Below are positions 25,440-39,317 of a DNA stretch of 64,000 nt, piece after piece. Source of the stretch: Octopus sinensis (taxonomy: Eukaryota); the NCBI RefSeq assembly GCF_006345805.1, contig NC_042998.1:142104001-142168000 (forward strand), given 5' to 3'. The translations under genes were made by a program, and so were the position numbers. Under the pieces are notes generated by a model, which saw only the letters and a list, made by a program, of their open reading frames with translations, was not told the origin of the DNA and made no database searches. Each line of letters opens with the position of its first letter. The stretch's first letter is position 1.

Positions 25440-25680
25440 GTTTCCATGGTGTATAAGTGACTGAGATTATAGCATTCTTTCTCACCCCTGAACGGGACGA
25501 TGATCCGTCATAGGGTTAACTTCCTAGCCACAGCTGAAACTCTTATTTGAGTGGACTGGAGTAACGTGAAATGAAGTGTTTTGCTCACGATCAAAATACT
25601 ACGTAACGCAACGCGGTGCTCGGTCTAGGAATCGAAACCGCGAGTGTAATACCCCTAACCACCGGGCCACACGGCTTCAC
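25440..25680 (-). mobile_element. tRNA-derived SINE
   Basis: Related to 24420-24625: tggcccggtggttagggg...ttcgattcc head and ctccagtccactc core. Confidence 0.65.
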
Positions 25681-25919
25681 AATAAAAAGAAAGATCAAAT
25701 AAATATTTCTATTGCAGGAGTGAATTAGTCGATTACATCGATCCCATTGACTGGTATTTCATTTTATCAACCCCGAAAGGATTGGAAGCAGAGGCACGTG
25801 GATTAGTGGTTAGAGTATTGGACTCAATGATCGCAAGATTGTTGTTTCGATTCCTGGACCTGGAACCATGTGGTTCGGCAGCAAGCTTCCTATCACACGG
25901 CCACTCCTACACATATATA

Positions 25920-26245
25920 TATATATTTACCTTTTACTCTTTTACTTGTTTCAGTCATTTGACTGGCCATGCTGGAGCACCGCCTTTAGTCGAGCAAATC
26001 GACGCCAGGACTTATTCTTTGTAAGCCTAGTACTTATTCTATCGCTCTTTTTTCCGAACCGCTAAGTTACGGGGACGTAAACACACCAGCATATATACGA
26101 CGGGCTTCCTTCGGTTTCCGTCTACCAAATCCACTCACAAGGTTTTAGTCGATACTTGGCCCAAGGTGCCACGCAGTGGGACTGAACCCGGAACCATGTG
26201 ATTCGTAAGCTAGCTACTTACCAAACAGCCACTCCTACGCCTATG
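25920..26245 (-). mobile_element. SINE family B with 3' segment
   Basis: Reverse complement of the 9219-9700 family (ccgggttcagtcccactgcgtggcaccttgggc). Confidence 0.85.
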
Positions 26246-26250
26246 CATAC

Positions 26251-26434
<184 letters not shown>

Positions 26435-26435
26435 A

Positions 26436-26521
26436 GTCTTGCAAGGGAATTTGGTTGACAAAGACTCTGGGTTCCCGTGGTGTGTGTATGTGTGTGTGTG
26501 TGTACATATATATATGTATGC

Positions 26522-26552
<31 letters not shown>

Positions 26553-26615
26553 TACACACACATACACACACTACAGGAACCCAGAGTCTTTGTCAACCAA
26601 ATTCCCTTGCAAGAC
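26436..26615. repeat. Fold-back palindrome with perfect 40-bp outer arms
   Basis: 26436-26475 is the exact reverse complement of 26576-26615. The inner (TG)n-(TA)n-(CA)n region is also roughly symmetric. Confidence 0.95.
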
Positions 26616-26984
26616 ATTGGTTTTTTCCGGGGTTGTAGTAGAAGATATTTGCCCAAAATGCCACGTTGTGTGACTGAACATTAAACCACATGATTGCAAA
26701 GCGACCTTCTTAACCACACAATCGTTTTTTAGTTTTTTCGCTAGTTTTCCATCCTATCATAGTAATGGCTGTGGTACAGTTAGTTGGTAATGTAGCAGAT
26801 TCTATACATTTTTGATATCGGTATCTCTATTTATTGATTTCAAATATCCCTGGAGCCAACTTCGACCCCATTCAAATGAGGTTAAGAAACTAAGTAATGA
26901 TAATGTCAAGAGATCACACCAACCAAGTTATGATTCCTCTTTGTTATTAAAATCATTTTAAAGGAGCGAACTAGTAGAATCATT

Positions 26985-27180
26985 ACTGCATCAGATAAAA
27001 TGCTTAAATACGTTTTTTTTCCGACTCTTTATGGTCTGAGTTCAAATTCTTCTGAAGTCAACTTTTCATTTCATCCTTTTGGCGTCGATGAAATAAGTAC
27101 CAGTCGAGCACTGGAGTAAATGTAATCGACTTACCCATCCTCTCAAAATTACAAGCTGATCTTGTACCAAAATTTTTTAA
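26985..27180 (+). mobile_element. SINE family A, degenerate
   Basis: ctgagttcaaattc...ttttcatttcatcctttt...gtaatcgacttaccc. Confidence 0.7.
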
Positions 27181-27199
27181 TCATTGTTATCATTGTTAT

Positions 27200-27375
27200 T
27201 ACTGCGAGAGAGAGCAGCACAGGCCATCAAAGTGACGCTGGGATACAAATATACGAAGCCCAATATACCCATCATGACTAACCTTCTGATAAGGATACCC
27301 CAAGCACATGTATCACAACCATATGTGCGTAACATAGTGGCCTCATATCAGGATAAACAGCGCATGAATAGTGAA
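27200..27375. mobile_element. Repeat family C, truncated
   Basis: gagagagcagcacaggccatcaaagtgac...aaacagcgcatga matches the 30258 and 56339 copies. Confidence 0.75.
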
Positions 27376-27499
27376 AGAATTATTATCACTATTGCTATTT
27401 ACTTTTAATCTGCATGTTTGTTACAGTCACTTGCCGAAACACACCTTTTGTTCTAGGACGAATGAAAGATAAGAGCTGTTAAAGTACGACTGAAATCTT

Positions 27500-27585
27500 G
27501 GGTGGGAGGAGTGGGGGAGAAGAGTGGGGGAGCAGAGTGGGGGAGCAGAGTGGGGGAGCAGAGTGGGGTAGCAGAGTGGTGGGGG
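27500..27585 (+). repeat. G-rich 13-bp minisatellite (agagtgggggagc)
   Basis: About 5 direct copies visible. Confidence 0.85.
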
Positions 27586-27589
27586 CAGT

Positions 27590-27900
27590 CTGTGTCATAC
27601 AACACAGACATTTAAATGGATGTGGTTTTTCTAAGAACGTGGGCAGTACTTGTCAGCACAATCTTTTGGATTTCTCTGAGACATGGTTCTCCTGGGATGT
27701 TATCTAGATATATCTGACATCCCTTTTTTACCATATCTCTGGCACCTACAATAACAGGAATAGTTCTTGCTTTAACATGCCACATCTTTTGCATTTCAAT
27801 TTCCAGGTCCTTATATTTACTTAATTTGTCAAATTCCTTTACAACTATATTTTTTATCAGTGGGAAGACTTGCATATATTACTCTACAAGTATTTTCTTC
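27590..27900 (-). mobile_element. R4/Dong-type 3' fragment (family 4)
   Basis: KEFDKLSKYKDLEIEMQKMW...TIPVIVGA...LREIQKIVLTSTAHVLRKT. Confidence 0.85.
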
Positions 27901-27929
27901 CTTGTCTTTAATTATTATTATTATTTTTT

Positions 27930-29690
27930 TCAGTAGTCTTATTTTTATCACGTGCTTTCACTGCACTACCGAGCGCAGCTCTGTGTGCCTTGGGTATGTG
28001 CTGTGGCTTGTTGTGATGCTCTTATTTTTACTATATTGAAAGTGTTTTACGTAGGATTGTGCGGTACATAGTAGTGCTATTTTCAGTATGGTATATATAC
28101 TTGTTAGTCCTGGTATTTTTGTTATGTATTTGTCTGAATATTTTTCATCATACCTAATGCACCTACTATGATAGAAATTGTTTGTTTTTAGACTCCACAT
28201 TTGAGTTACCAGATCTTTGTATTTTGAAAGTTTCTCCATTTCTTTTAGAGAAACATTGTTATCTGTTGATATTGATACATAGATTAGAAAGTATATTTTT
28301 CTTGATGATCTCTGACAACTATATCGTGCTTTTTGGCCTTAATGTCACCATATGTGTGTATTGGCATATTCCAGATTATGGTTGCTTTCTCCTTTTCTGT
28401 GACCTTTTCTAGCGTGTGCTTATACCATCTTTTTTTCGGTTGTTATTCCAAGGTGATGGCATAGCTTCCAGTGTATATAGGTCTCAACTCTGTCGTGTCT
28501 GGGAATGTATTTCTTATTAGCCAGTACTGGGCAGCCAGAAACAACATGATTTACTGGTTCTACTCCATCTCTACATATTCTGCAGTTACTTGTTTTGTTT
28601 CTTTTCATTGCATGTTTTTGGTAATTTCTTCTGGGAAGACTTTGATTTGTGCTGCAATTAAAAATCCTTCAGTCTCTGCTTTGACACCTGAGTTTCTCAG
28701 CCATTGTTGGGATTTTGCTTTGTCTATTTTTGTCTGTTTAGTTTAACCCAATATTTGCCGTGAAGGGGCTTCTCTTGCCATCGTTTTATCATGACCCGTT
28801 GCTATTCTAGTTTTAGTTTGGATTTCAGTTGTTTTACAGCTTTTGTTGTTTCTTTTTCTTCATAGTTGTTAGGTACTATGAGTTCTTCGTATTTGTCAAC
28901 TTCCTTAAGGACTGAAAACAGTTTTTTTTTGTTTTGTTCGTGTTTTGTGGCTATTTGTATAAGTTTTCCTTGCTTCTGAAATAGGTGTTTTTATAGTCAT
29001 ATGGTGCTTATTTTGTAATAGTTTTCTAGCTGTGAAAGGCCTCTACCACCTTCGATACATTGTATATATAACCTTTCTATGTGAGATTTTGGGTGGTGCA
29101 TCCTAAATCTTGTCATTATTTTTCTTTTCCTGTCTATTTTGATTAGTTCATTTAGTGTCCAGTTGAGATTGTAGCTGTAACTTATGACTGGGACGGCTAG
29201 AGTATTGATACCTATTATCTTGCTTTTCGCATTGAGCTCTGTTTTCAGTATTAATCTAACTCGTCTATAGTATTCTTTTTTATTTTCTCTTTCTTTGGTG
29301 TGTTTTGTATCGTATCTAGTTTATTGATTCATAAGTATTTGTATCCTTAGCTTTGGTCTAATTTTCTTATTTCCTTTGCTTTAACTAGTATGATGTTGCT
29401 ACTCTTAATTAGATTTCCTCTTTTCAATGTTGCTTTGGCACATTTTTCTCAGCCAAATTTCATGTTTATTTATTTGGTAAATACATGTACTGCCTGTAGT
29501 AATGTTTCCAGCTGTCTATCATTTGTAGCGTATAGTTCTAGATCATCCATATATAAGAGGTGGCTGATTTTTTTGCCGTAACAATTGTATCCACATCCAA
29601 TTCTGTTTAGCATGTCAGATAAAGGTATCCGTGCAAAGAAGTGGAGAGAGAGTGTCTCCCTGGAACATTCCTCTTCTAATGGGGATGGCT
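27930..29690 (-). mobile_element. R4/Dong-type fragment (family 1), RT C-terminus to 3' end
   Basis: CRICRDGVEPVNHVVSGCPVLA...RHDRVETYIHW, EKLSKYKDL and RMHHPKSHIERL regions. 3' UTR matches the 20395 and 59410 copies. Confidence 0.9.
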
Positions 29691-29716
29691 TTGATTTTTT
29701 ATGAGTCCTATTATTA

Positions 29717-29765
<49 letters not shown>

Positions 29766-29987
29766 TTATTATTATTATTATTATTATTTAAGGCGGTGTG
29801 CTGACAGAACCGTTAGTACTTCTGTCGCTATGTTCTGGGTTCATATCTCGCCGAGGTCGATTTTGCCTTTTATCCTCTCGGGGTGGATAAATTAAATACT
29901 AGTTACGCACTGGGGCCGACGTAATAGACTTAATCCCCTTCCCAAGCTGGCAAAAAATTTGAAATTATTATTATTATCATTAGGGCC

Positions 29988-30193
29988 ACGAGTTGGCAGA
30001 ATCGTTAGCACGCCGGACAAAATGCTTTGCGGTATTTCGTCCGTCTTCTCGTTCTGAGTTCAAATTCCGACTGAGGTCGACTTTGCCTTTCATCTTTTTC
30101 GGTCGATAAATTAAGTTCCAGTTGAGTACTGGGGTCGATATAATCGATTTAACACCCCACCAAATTTCAGGCTTTGTGCCTAGCGTAGAAAGG

Positions 30194-30197
<4 letters not shown>
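29988..30197 (+). mobile_element. SINE family A, full length
   Basis: gagttggcagaatcgttagcacgccgg...ctgagttcaaattcc...tagaaaggattattatt. Confidence 0.85.
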
Positions 30198-30248
<51 letters not shown>

Positions 30249-30257
30249 TATTATTAT

Positions 30258-30476
30258 TGAGTGAGAGAGCAGTGCATGCCATCAAAGTGACACTGGGGTA
30301 AAATATACGAAGCCCAGTATACCCATCATGACTACCCGTCTGATAAGGGTACACCAGGCACATGCATCACGACCATATGTGCGCGACATGGTGATCTCAT
30401 ATCAAGATAAACAGCGCATGACGTTGCAGGTGGAGCCTTGTTAGAATTTTCTTCTGGTCGAGTAGCCCATCCCGCT
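30258..30476. mobile_element. Repeat family C, truncated
   Basis: gagtgagagagcagtgcatgccatc...gagtagcccatcccgctc, between (TTA)n arrays. Confidence 0.8.
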
Positions 30477-30569
30477 CTATTATTATTATTATTGTTGTTG
30501 TTGTTGTTGTTGTTAGTAGTAGTAGTATTTAAGGCGTGCGAGCTGGCAGAATCGTTATTACCCCGGGCT

Positions 30570-33560
30570 ATATCTTGTATTTCTTACTTTCCAGTACTTT
30601 ACTAGGTTCATGTTTATACCATTTATCACTATGGTCAAATCCTAGCTTTCTGCATAACTTCCGATGGATTACTCTCCCTAGGTTGTCATGTCTTTTCTTG
30701 TATTCTTTCTATGTCAGCATGCTACATTCACTTATATGAGTAACACTTTCCTCTTTTGATTTGCATAAGCTACATAGGGAATTTACTTGTGTTTTATCTA
30801 TCTGATCTTTTATCCAATTAGTCCTTAATGCTTGATCTTGTGCTCTATTAACAAACTTTCTGTCTCCCTTTTCAGCCTTCTTTCTGCAAACATAACCATG
30901 TCTCATTACTATTTGCTGCAACTATCTTTGGCAACCTACCATACAACACCTTTCGCTAGTCAGATAACTTCTGTTCTTTTGCTTGTCAGATAACTTCTGT
31001 TTTTTTTTCTTGTTTTAACTTCGTTTGGCATTTTGGTTTTTCCCTGTCTTATTGTGACTGTAGCAGCTCTTAATAAATTTTCTTCACAATTACCTACATA
31101 GGAGGCTACATCTACTCTAGTTAACACCACACAGTCTTCTACTGGTATTAGCCCACTACCACTTTCCTTTCTAGATAAGTATAATCTGGTTACTCCTGTC
31201 CTGCAGTGGAGTCCGCCATTCATATTGAATTCCTTCGTAATTTTTCTATCTAGCTTTGCTAATTCATATTTTGACTAATCTACAAAAGCTGCCGAGTATC
31301 TAAGTAACGACACTACCCAAGTATTTACAGCCTTCACTAGATTCAGACCATTTCGTTTTGACTTCATTAGCTTTCTCACCCTTCGGATGTACTCCTCAAA
31401 TTTTGTCTTCATTTCTATAGTTAGTACTCTGTCGGATTCTAATATTCCTAGATACTTTAACTCTCTCCTTTCAGTGATTTTAACGTCTGGCCATCTGGTT
31501 TTCGGATGCTTTCACTGTTGACTCCCTGTGAGTAATATTAGTCTTTCATAACTAATATTGCACACTTATCTATGCTAGATTCCATGTGTATATCTTTGCT
31601 GAAGTCCCTTTCAGTTTGTATTAAAGAATCTCTTTTTCATTCTTACTAAAAAGCTTCAGATCATCCATATAAAGCAGATGGTTAATTTTTCTTTACTATT
31701 TCTGGACTGATACCTTGCTTTTGCCTTCCTTAATACTAAGCTGAGGTGCATTAAAGTTAAGAGAAATATTAAAGGGGATAACGCGTCGCCTTGGAAAATT
31801 CCTCTCCTGATATTAACTTTCCCCAAGTGTGTGTCACCTGAGTAGAGATCTACTTTCCATTTCTTTATGCTAAAGCTAATTATTCTCGTATGTTGTCTGC
31901 AATACTAAATATATTCAAACATCCATGAGTGTGGGATTATGTCGTAGGCTTTGTTATAATCTATCCGTGCTATTTTAAAATTTTCTTTCTAGATTTTTCT
32001 TCATTTAAAATTGCTTTATCTATGTATAATAGATCATCGTTCCTGTAGCCTTCTTTGTTCTTCTATCAGTAAATTCTGGTTGTCAAGGTTCTCGTAAATA
32101 CTTTCTGAAAGCAATCCTGTTAACAGCTTCCACACTAATGGTAAGCAAACGATTTGTTTATAATTGCTAGTTATGTTATCTTGGCTTTTGACTTTCATAA
32201 GGAGCATTGTTCTCTGTCTAGTCATCCAATCTGATATTATTCCTCCATTAAGGCAATCCTAAAGTTGTTCCCTCAGCCTCCCATCTAAATTTCTTTAACC
32301 AGTACCCTTGAACTAAATATGGTCTTGGGTCCTTTCAATTCGGCATTTTTCCTTGTACTTTACTCATTAATTCACTAGTTGGTCTTAGATCTGGTTGCTT
32401 CTCACTCACAACTTAGCTCACTTTCTTTAACCACACTGCATCTCCATTATGATTGACTGACTCATCCCAAATATTACTCCAAAGCTTTCTAGCTTCTTCT
32501 ACATTAGGTTTCTCATCTTTAGTACTTTCTTCTTTACTATTTATTTAGTTATAAAATCTCCTCTGGTGTGACTCAAATAAGCTATTCTGTTGGTATTGGT
32601 CTATTCTTTTCTGATATCTGGAAAGTTTATTTGTTACTGATATGATACGCTGTTTCAACTCTTCCATAATTGTCCCAAATCGTTTCTCTTTGACTAAGTA
32701 TCTTTTCCCAAGAGAAGATTTAATTTTTTTGTTTCCTAACTTGTTCAGTTTGCAGGCTTCTATTCAACTCAGATCCTATCTTAAAGTCTTCACTTTATTT
32801 TTTAGTCTCCTTTTTCTACATGTGCTCTTTTATAGTCTTTCCTTTTTGAATATCTAATCTTCTAGTAACTATTATCCCTCCTACGTAGACCGATAAGTAA
32901 GTGTGACTTATATTTTTAGTATCTATCCTGCTGATAACAAAATCTACTTTCCTAGTTATATCTAGCCGCTTCCTTCTGTTGGTATCTTTTAATGTTGGAA
33001 ATCTTTTCTTTCTTCTTTACTCATGGCTTCCTGCAACTCATCTAAAATTTTCTGACCCTCCTCACTTAAATGGCTTAAATCGCTGGTGCTAGTTGTCCCT
33101 TCCTGATTGGTAGTGTTATAATTATTTTTTCCTTCAGGTTCTTCTTTGGTTTGAACTGTATCTCTTTTTGTTTGTCTTTTCTATTGCCTGTTTTTTTCTT
33201 TTCCAGTTCTCTTGTGATCTCTCCACCCCCAGTTCTGTCACCCCCTTTCTTCTAATAGCATTAGCTTGGTCTACTAGTCTCTGCTCAGTCGCTTTAAATA
33301 CACCCTTCTCTACCCAAAGTGCTAACATCCATTTCCTACAACCTCTTCTTTTAGGTTCTAAGTAGTACTACATCACTATCCTGTTTACTTCGCAGGTCCA
33401 CTTCCTCCTCGTTACTCTATCACTTGCTGATGCTGTCTTAGGATAACAGTTGTGGTCAGTCTGCATCTTTACTGAACCACTGCCAAGGAGATGCCTTCCG
33501 TTAAAGGTCCAGCCTCATTTTCGTAGTTACAACCAGAGTTTCTAGGCAAACTTTCGTCTC
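30570..33560 (-). mobile_element. R4/Dong-type retrotransposon, long degenerate ORF (N-terminus, RT, CCHC; 3' end lost)
   Basis: Minus-strand RT motifs NYKQIVCLPLVWKLLTG, IDYNKAYDIIPHSW, RGIFQGDALSP and NHLLYMDDLKL, then RAQDQALRTN and CSLCKSKEESVTHISEC. Confidence 0.92.
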
Positions 33561-34846
33561 TCATAAACTGAGATAAATTAATGTTTGTCTCCATCGTCAT
33601 CACTAATATTATTGTTCGACATCTGGTGGTTTCAAGTAACTTTCTATTGCGTCACTTGCTGCACTTTCGTGCTGGTGATGTGGTGTGTGCTGCATTTTCC
33701 CTCGTTTGGGGAATATTATATTGCATCAATATGTTTTGTTATGGGGTTTGGTTTGAATCTTCTGTTCTATTAGTATTTGTATTGTGTTGTTTGTGCAGTG
33801 CAGGTTGTGTTCTTTTGTTGGGTATCGTGTTTCTATGGTACATGTGGATTTTGTTCATTTTATTGGGCATTTACTGTATGAGTTCATTCCTGTATGTTTT
33901 TGGAGGAGTCTTGCATTGTAATGTGGATAAATCACTACATTGTATTCATGGTTATCTGTCCATCGTTCTTTTTTTGGTTTTGTTATTCATTTGGGTAGTG
34001 ACATTAAGAGATGGGTCCTTCTTTACAGCGTTTACTTTTTGACAAAACACCGCCCTCGGACGTGTGTTGAAATTTCTTTCGTATAACGATTGCCCAAAGC
34101 TCACTGGACGAAATTCACTACGATTACTTTCTCCTTTATTCTTTATTATCAATTTATAGCTTTTTTCACCGAATACTGATCATAGTTGTTCAGAGGAATG
34201 AGGTTCATCGCCTCTTTCGTTAAAAACATTAAAATACCGTGCGTTCGGTGCTTGTTATGTACGCGTTCGCGTGTAGGTTGTATAAACTTTATAATTATTA
34301 TTTATGTATAAGCGAGAGACCGAAAAACAGCAATGTGCATATGTATAGAGGATTCGTAGAGATATGGATGCATATGTGATTAATATTTTACTCAGAGTTT
34401 TGGTATTGTGGCATTGTAGTCCGTGTGTTTACATTTTCACGCACGTTTTGCTGTGGCGGCGCATCTGAGGGAAGCTATTTTTAATATATATATATATTCC
34501 ATATAAGAAAATCTTTCGGTCTCTAGAGATGGTTTACATTAAAACATAGTTTTCTTTCATTGTTTTTGCGGATTCTTAATTCCTGCTTCGTGATGGTTTC
34601 AGATTTCACCTACCTTACCGGGCAGCTAGCCGTCTCACGTACATGCTGTTTGTTATTCGCTGCAGTTTTTTAAATCTCAGGTTTTGTTGGAACTCCTGGA
34701 GTCTTGCATGCGTAGCGGGCTTGCTGCCTGCAGACTACGGTACCATGCTATCTGTTCTTTTCATCTATCTAATACTTTCCTGATTATTCTGGCCGTGCTA
34801 AGGAGGCAAACTTTTGTAACAGTTATACTGGGCATTCTATTCCGAT

Positions 34847-35045
34847 AGAGCTGGCAGAACTATTAGTATGTTGGACAAGGTCCTTTACTATATTTTCGAC
34901 CCTTTACGTTCAGGGTTCAACGACCACCGAGGTTGACTTTGCCCATCACTCTATTGGGGTGGATAAAAAGTACCAGTTGAGTACAGCGGTCAATGTGATC
35001 GACTTATCCTTGACCTCAAAATTGCTAGCTTTGTGCTAAAATTAG
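34847..35045 (+). mobile_element. SINE family A, degenerate
   Basis: gagctggcagaactattag...gaggttgactttgccc...gtgatcgactta. Confidence 0.7.
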
Positions 35046-35507
35046 AAAGAAATAATAAAATCAGGTTAAAATTTTACTTTTATATACATATGAAAGAAGT
35101 TGGAACATCTGGTCTTTAATCCAAGGAAAACATCTTAATCTTTTTTCAGTAACCCTGTTTCTTCTCACGTCAATACTCTACTCTTTCTCTTCTTTCTCAT
35201 TTTACTAATTCTTGTTTCAAATGTTCTTCTTGGTTGTTTCCACGTTTATAAATCCCTACTATGGCCGCCATTTTGATCATATTGATTATTGTATCAATTT
35301 CTCCTTGTCCACAACGACAACCACCATAACTAACACCCCACCCAGCAGCAGCACCACCACTACCATCATCATCATCATCATTGCCACCAACTCTAGTAAC
35401 ACTTTCACTACAATCTGCGCGTATCAGTAACAACTTCACTAATTCTACCATTAAAACTACTACTGATATAGCCAACACCGCCGGCATGGAATATGTCTCT
35501 AAAGAAT

Positions 35508-35546
<39 letters not shown>

Positions 35547-35559
35547 AATAATAATAATA

Positions 35560-35765
35560 ATGATGATTTTAAATTTTGGCACTAGGCCTGAAATTTGGAG
35601 GAGTATCGGTCGAATACATCGACTCCAGTTCTCAACTGTTACTTATTTTATCGACCTTGAAAGGATGAAAGGCAAGGTCAACTTCGGCAGAATTTGAACT
35701 CAAAATATAAAGCCGGAAGAAATTTCGCTAAGCATTTTGTCCGGCGCAGTAACTATTTTGCCAGT
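35560..35765 (-). mobile_element. SINE family A, reverse orientation
   Basis: Reverse complement of the family A body; its tail runs into (AAT)n/(AAC)n on the left. Confidence 0.75.
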
Positions 35766-35846
35766 TCACCATACCATCGATGCCTTCACCGACGCCAACA
35801 TTTACTATACGAGCACTTCTTCCACTACTACTACTACTACTAACTA

Positions 35847-35896
<50 letters not shown>

Positions 35897-35900
35897 ACTG

Positions 35901-35939
<39 letters not shown>

Positions 35940-36903
35940 GTACCATACCAACGTCACAGCTGCGACCATTAATACTAATAACATTAGATATTAGTAAAAC
36001 TCTTTAAAATATTGGTAGTTAATAAAAATTCTCCATCATCACAACCAGACACATTAAGACTATGTCACCCCCATCCACCATCAAACCACTAGAATTAGCA
36101 GTAAAAACCATCAGAAGACCACCAAAAAATCACGCCCACCAATAACAATAACAATAACAACAGCAACACTATACCAACACCGTCATCAACAAGCCACCAG
36201 CACTACCACCACCACCACCACCACCACTACAACCACCACCACCACCACTACAACCAGCACCACCACCACTCCCATCACCACCGCCACCAGCATCAACCAC
36301 AGCATATCATCACCACCACCATCACTACCATCAATATCAACAACAACAACAACACTAAGAGCAACGCAATACTACCACTATTACAATAACAACGACAATA
36401 TTACGCCATTAACAATGACACTATCCGACCACTACCACTATTAAAAGTAACACTATGCCAACAATAACACTTATACTCTCAGCAACAACACTGTAGCACC
36501 ACTTTTATCGTACTATTTTATACATGAACACTATACACTGTAACTAACAATACTATACCACAGACACCAATACTATACCACCACTACTATAGTTTTCGAT
36601 TGAATTTAGCAACATCATCACCAAAATCATCGACCATCAAACTAAAGTTAGGTAATCGTCCATACCGCCATCGGCTACACTACCACCAGGTATCGTTGCA
36701 TCCCGCACTATGAACCTATGTATGATGGGTGGAGGGCCATATACTGAGACACGGTGTGTCTTGATTGCGGGGCGCGCTTTGGGCTATTCAAAAAGTTACA
36801 CGACAAAAGCACCACCACTACCACCACATATATGCGTATATATACACACACATATATATATAAATGTATATATGTACACATATATATGTACATATATATA
36901 TGA

Positions 36904-36937
<34 letters not shown>

Positions 36938-36964
36938 TATATATAATATATATATATATATATT

Positions 36965-37006
<42 letters not shown>

Positions 37007-37419
37007 TGTATATGTACACATATATGTGTATATACATATATAAATATATATATACATATATACATATATATATACATACACACACACATATATACATACT
37101 CACATACACACACACACATACGCATACACCCACCTACTCGCTCCAACTTCAAGCCATCACCATCACCACCACCAACAACAACTATTACTGCTACTACAAC
37201 AGCAGCAACAACAACCTTCAACAATCTAACTGAATATGTTTCTACTCTTCAGACACGGCGCATGCTCAATAGATTCTCCAATTATTAAGGAACCGGGTAC
37301 TGTTGAGGAAAGAGAAAATGGAGAAGTGAAGGAATCGGTTATCATGGTAACGTGTACTCGAGAGTGCAGTGTTGTACATTGGTATTGATGATGGTGTTGG
37401 CCATCAGCTACTGGTTGTT

Positions 37420-37975
37420 GTAGGGAAGGTGGGAGAGAGAGAGGGGGAGAAAAGGGGAGAAAGAGTAAGGACAAGGGGAGGAAGCAGAGGTGGGAGAGGG
37501 TTGAGAGAATGAGGGAGAGGATAGTATTAGAGAAGAAAGAGGGAGACGGAGATAAACGGTGAGAGAAAGGGGAATAAAAAAGAAAGAGAAGAGAAGGAGA
37601 GGGGGAAGAAGCAGGGAGTGGTGGTTGGAGAGGGAAGAAGAGGGAGAGAGAGAGAAAGGAGTGAGACTTGGGAAAGAGAGGAAGAGAGGTAAGGTGAGAT
37701 GAGGGAGATGGTGAAAACGGAGACAGAGAACGCGAAAGAAGGGAGGAGAGAGGTAGGAAAGAGAGACGGAAGGAAATGAAGAGGGAAATGGAGAGGAAGA
37801 GAGGTGACAGAGAAGAGAGAGAGAGAGAGAGGAAAGAGACAGATAGAGAGAGAATAGAGAAAGGAGAGAATTATTTAGAATGAAGGAAAAGAAGACAGAA
37901 TAAAAGGCAAATGAGATGAATGAAGGAAGGAAGAATGCACGAATGAAGGGAAAAAGAATGAAGGAATAAGGAATA
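37420..37975 (+). repeat. Polypurine (GA-rich) low-complexity tract
   Basis: About 550 bp almost exclusively A/G on the + strand. Confidence 0.9.
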
Positions 37976-38667
37976 CAAATGATAGATATGCAGGTGGTAA
38001 GGAAGAAGGAATTTCTCAACACCACAACCACTACCACCACCACTGTCACCACCTTCGCCTCTACCAAGATTACTGTCACCATCTCCAAAACTACTACCAA
38101 AATTATCATTATCTTACCATCGTACCGCCACCATCAAAAAGACCATCACCACCACCACCACCAACACCACACCACCACCACCACAACCACCACCACCAAC
38201 ACCACCACCACCACCACCAACACCACCAACCCACCACCACCACCCAACCCACCACCACCACCACCACTGTCACCATCACCAAAATTATGACTAAAACTAT
38301 GATTATCTTACCGCTATAGCACCACCAGCATCATCATCACAACTACCACTACCATCATCCCCAACACCAACACCACTGCTATCATCACCACTTCCACCAC
38401 CACCACAACCACCACCACCACCACCACCACAACCACCACCACCACCACAACCACTATCATCACCATTATTATTATTATTATGTCACCATCACCAAATTAC
38501 TACCGAAACTATTATTAACCTCCCTCCTCACTAAAAAAAATGGTTCTCCACAGGTTTCGACGATGAAGATTCAGTTATTCGATCTGAAGTACTTGCTCAA
38601 TGTAAGTGTGACACCGAAGGGGACAGGACACACCCCATTGAATTACTGGAACAAGGCATGGGTCGAA

Positions 38668-38986
38668 TTCAGGTAGTGGAGGCGAGCGGCCTGGCGGTTA
38701 CGGTGTTGCACCCACGATCGCTAGTTCATGGGTTCGATTCCCGCACTAGACGACCGGTTGAGATTTTGAGTAAAATACCCAATTTCCAGTTTGCTCTACG
38801 ATCATTTCGACATCTTACATGCGACACCCTTGTTCAACTGTACAGGCGATGTTCATTTGATGAAGAAGGTGAGATTATGTGAACACAGACATTTGATCAC
38901 TATAAACAAATCATCAATCATCTGTGTGACTGTTCAGCAAAAAATTGCAGAATCCCCATCCGTCAACAAGCGACTGGTGGGTCCAT

Positions 38987-38990
<4 letters not shown>
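38668..38990 (+). mobile_element. tRNA-derived SINE
   Basis: gcggcctggcggttacgg head, gggttcgattccc B box, and tgtgactgttcagcaaaa...gactggtgggtcc 3' part. Confidence 0.7.
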
Positions 38991-39057
<67 letters not shown>

Positions 39058-39263
39058 TCACTCACATACACACACACGCACACACATACACATACACACA
39101 CACACACACCACAAGTAAGCACATCAGTGAAAAACAAGGTGGAAAATATTGTACTCAAATATCAAAAGGTATTAAAGATGTGACAATTTTGCAGTTTCTA
39201 ATGAAAGTATATGTATGTGTGTGTATTATATATATGTGTGGGTGTGTGCATATGCACATATTC

Positions 39264-39317
<54 letters not shown>

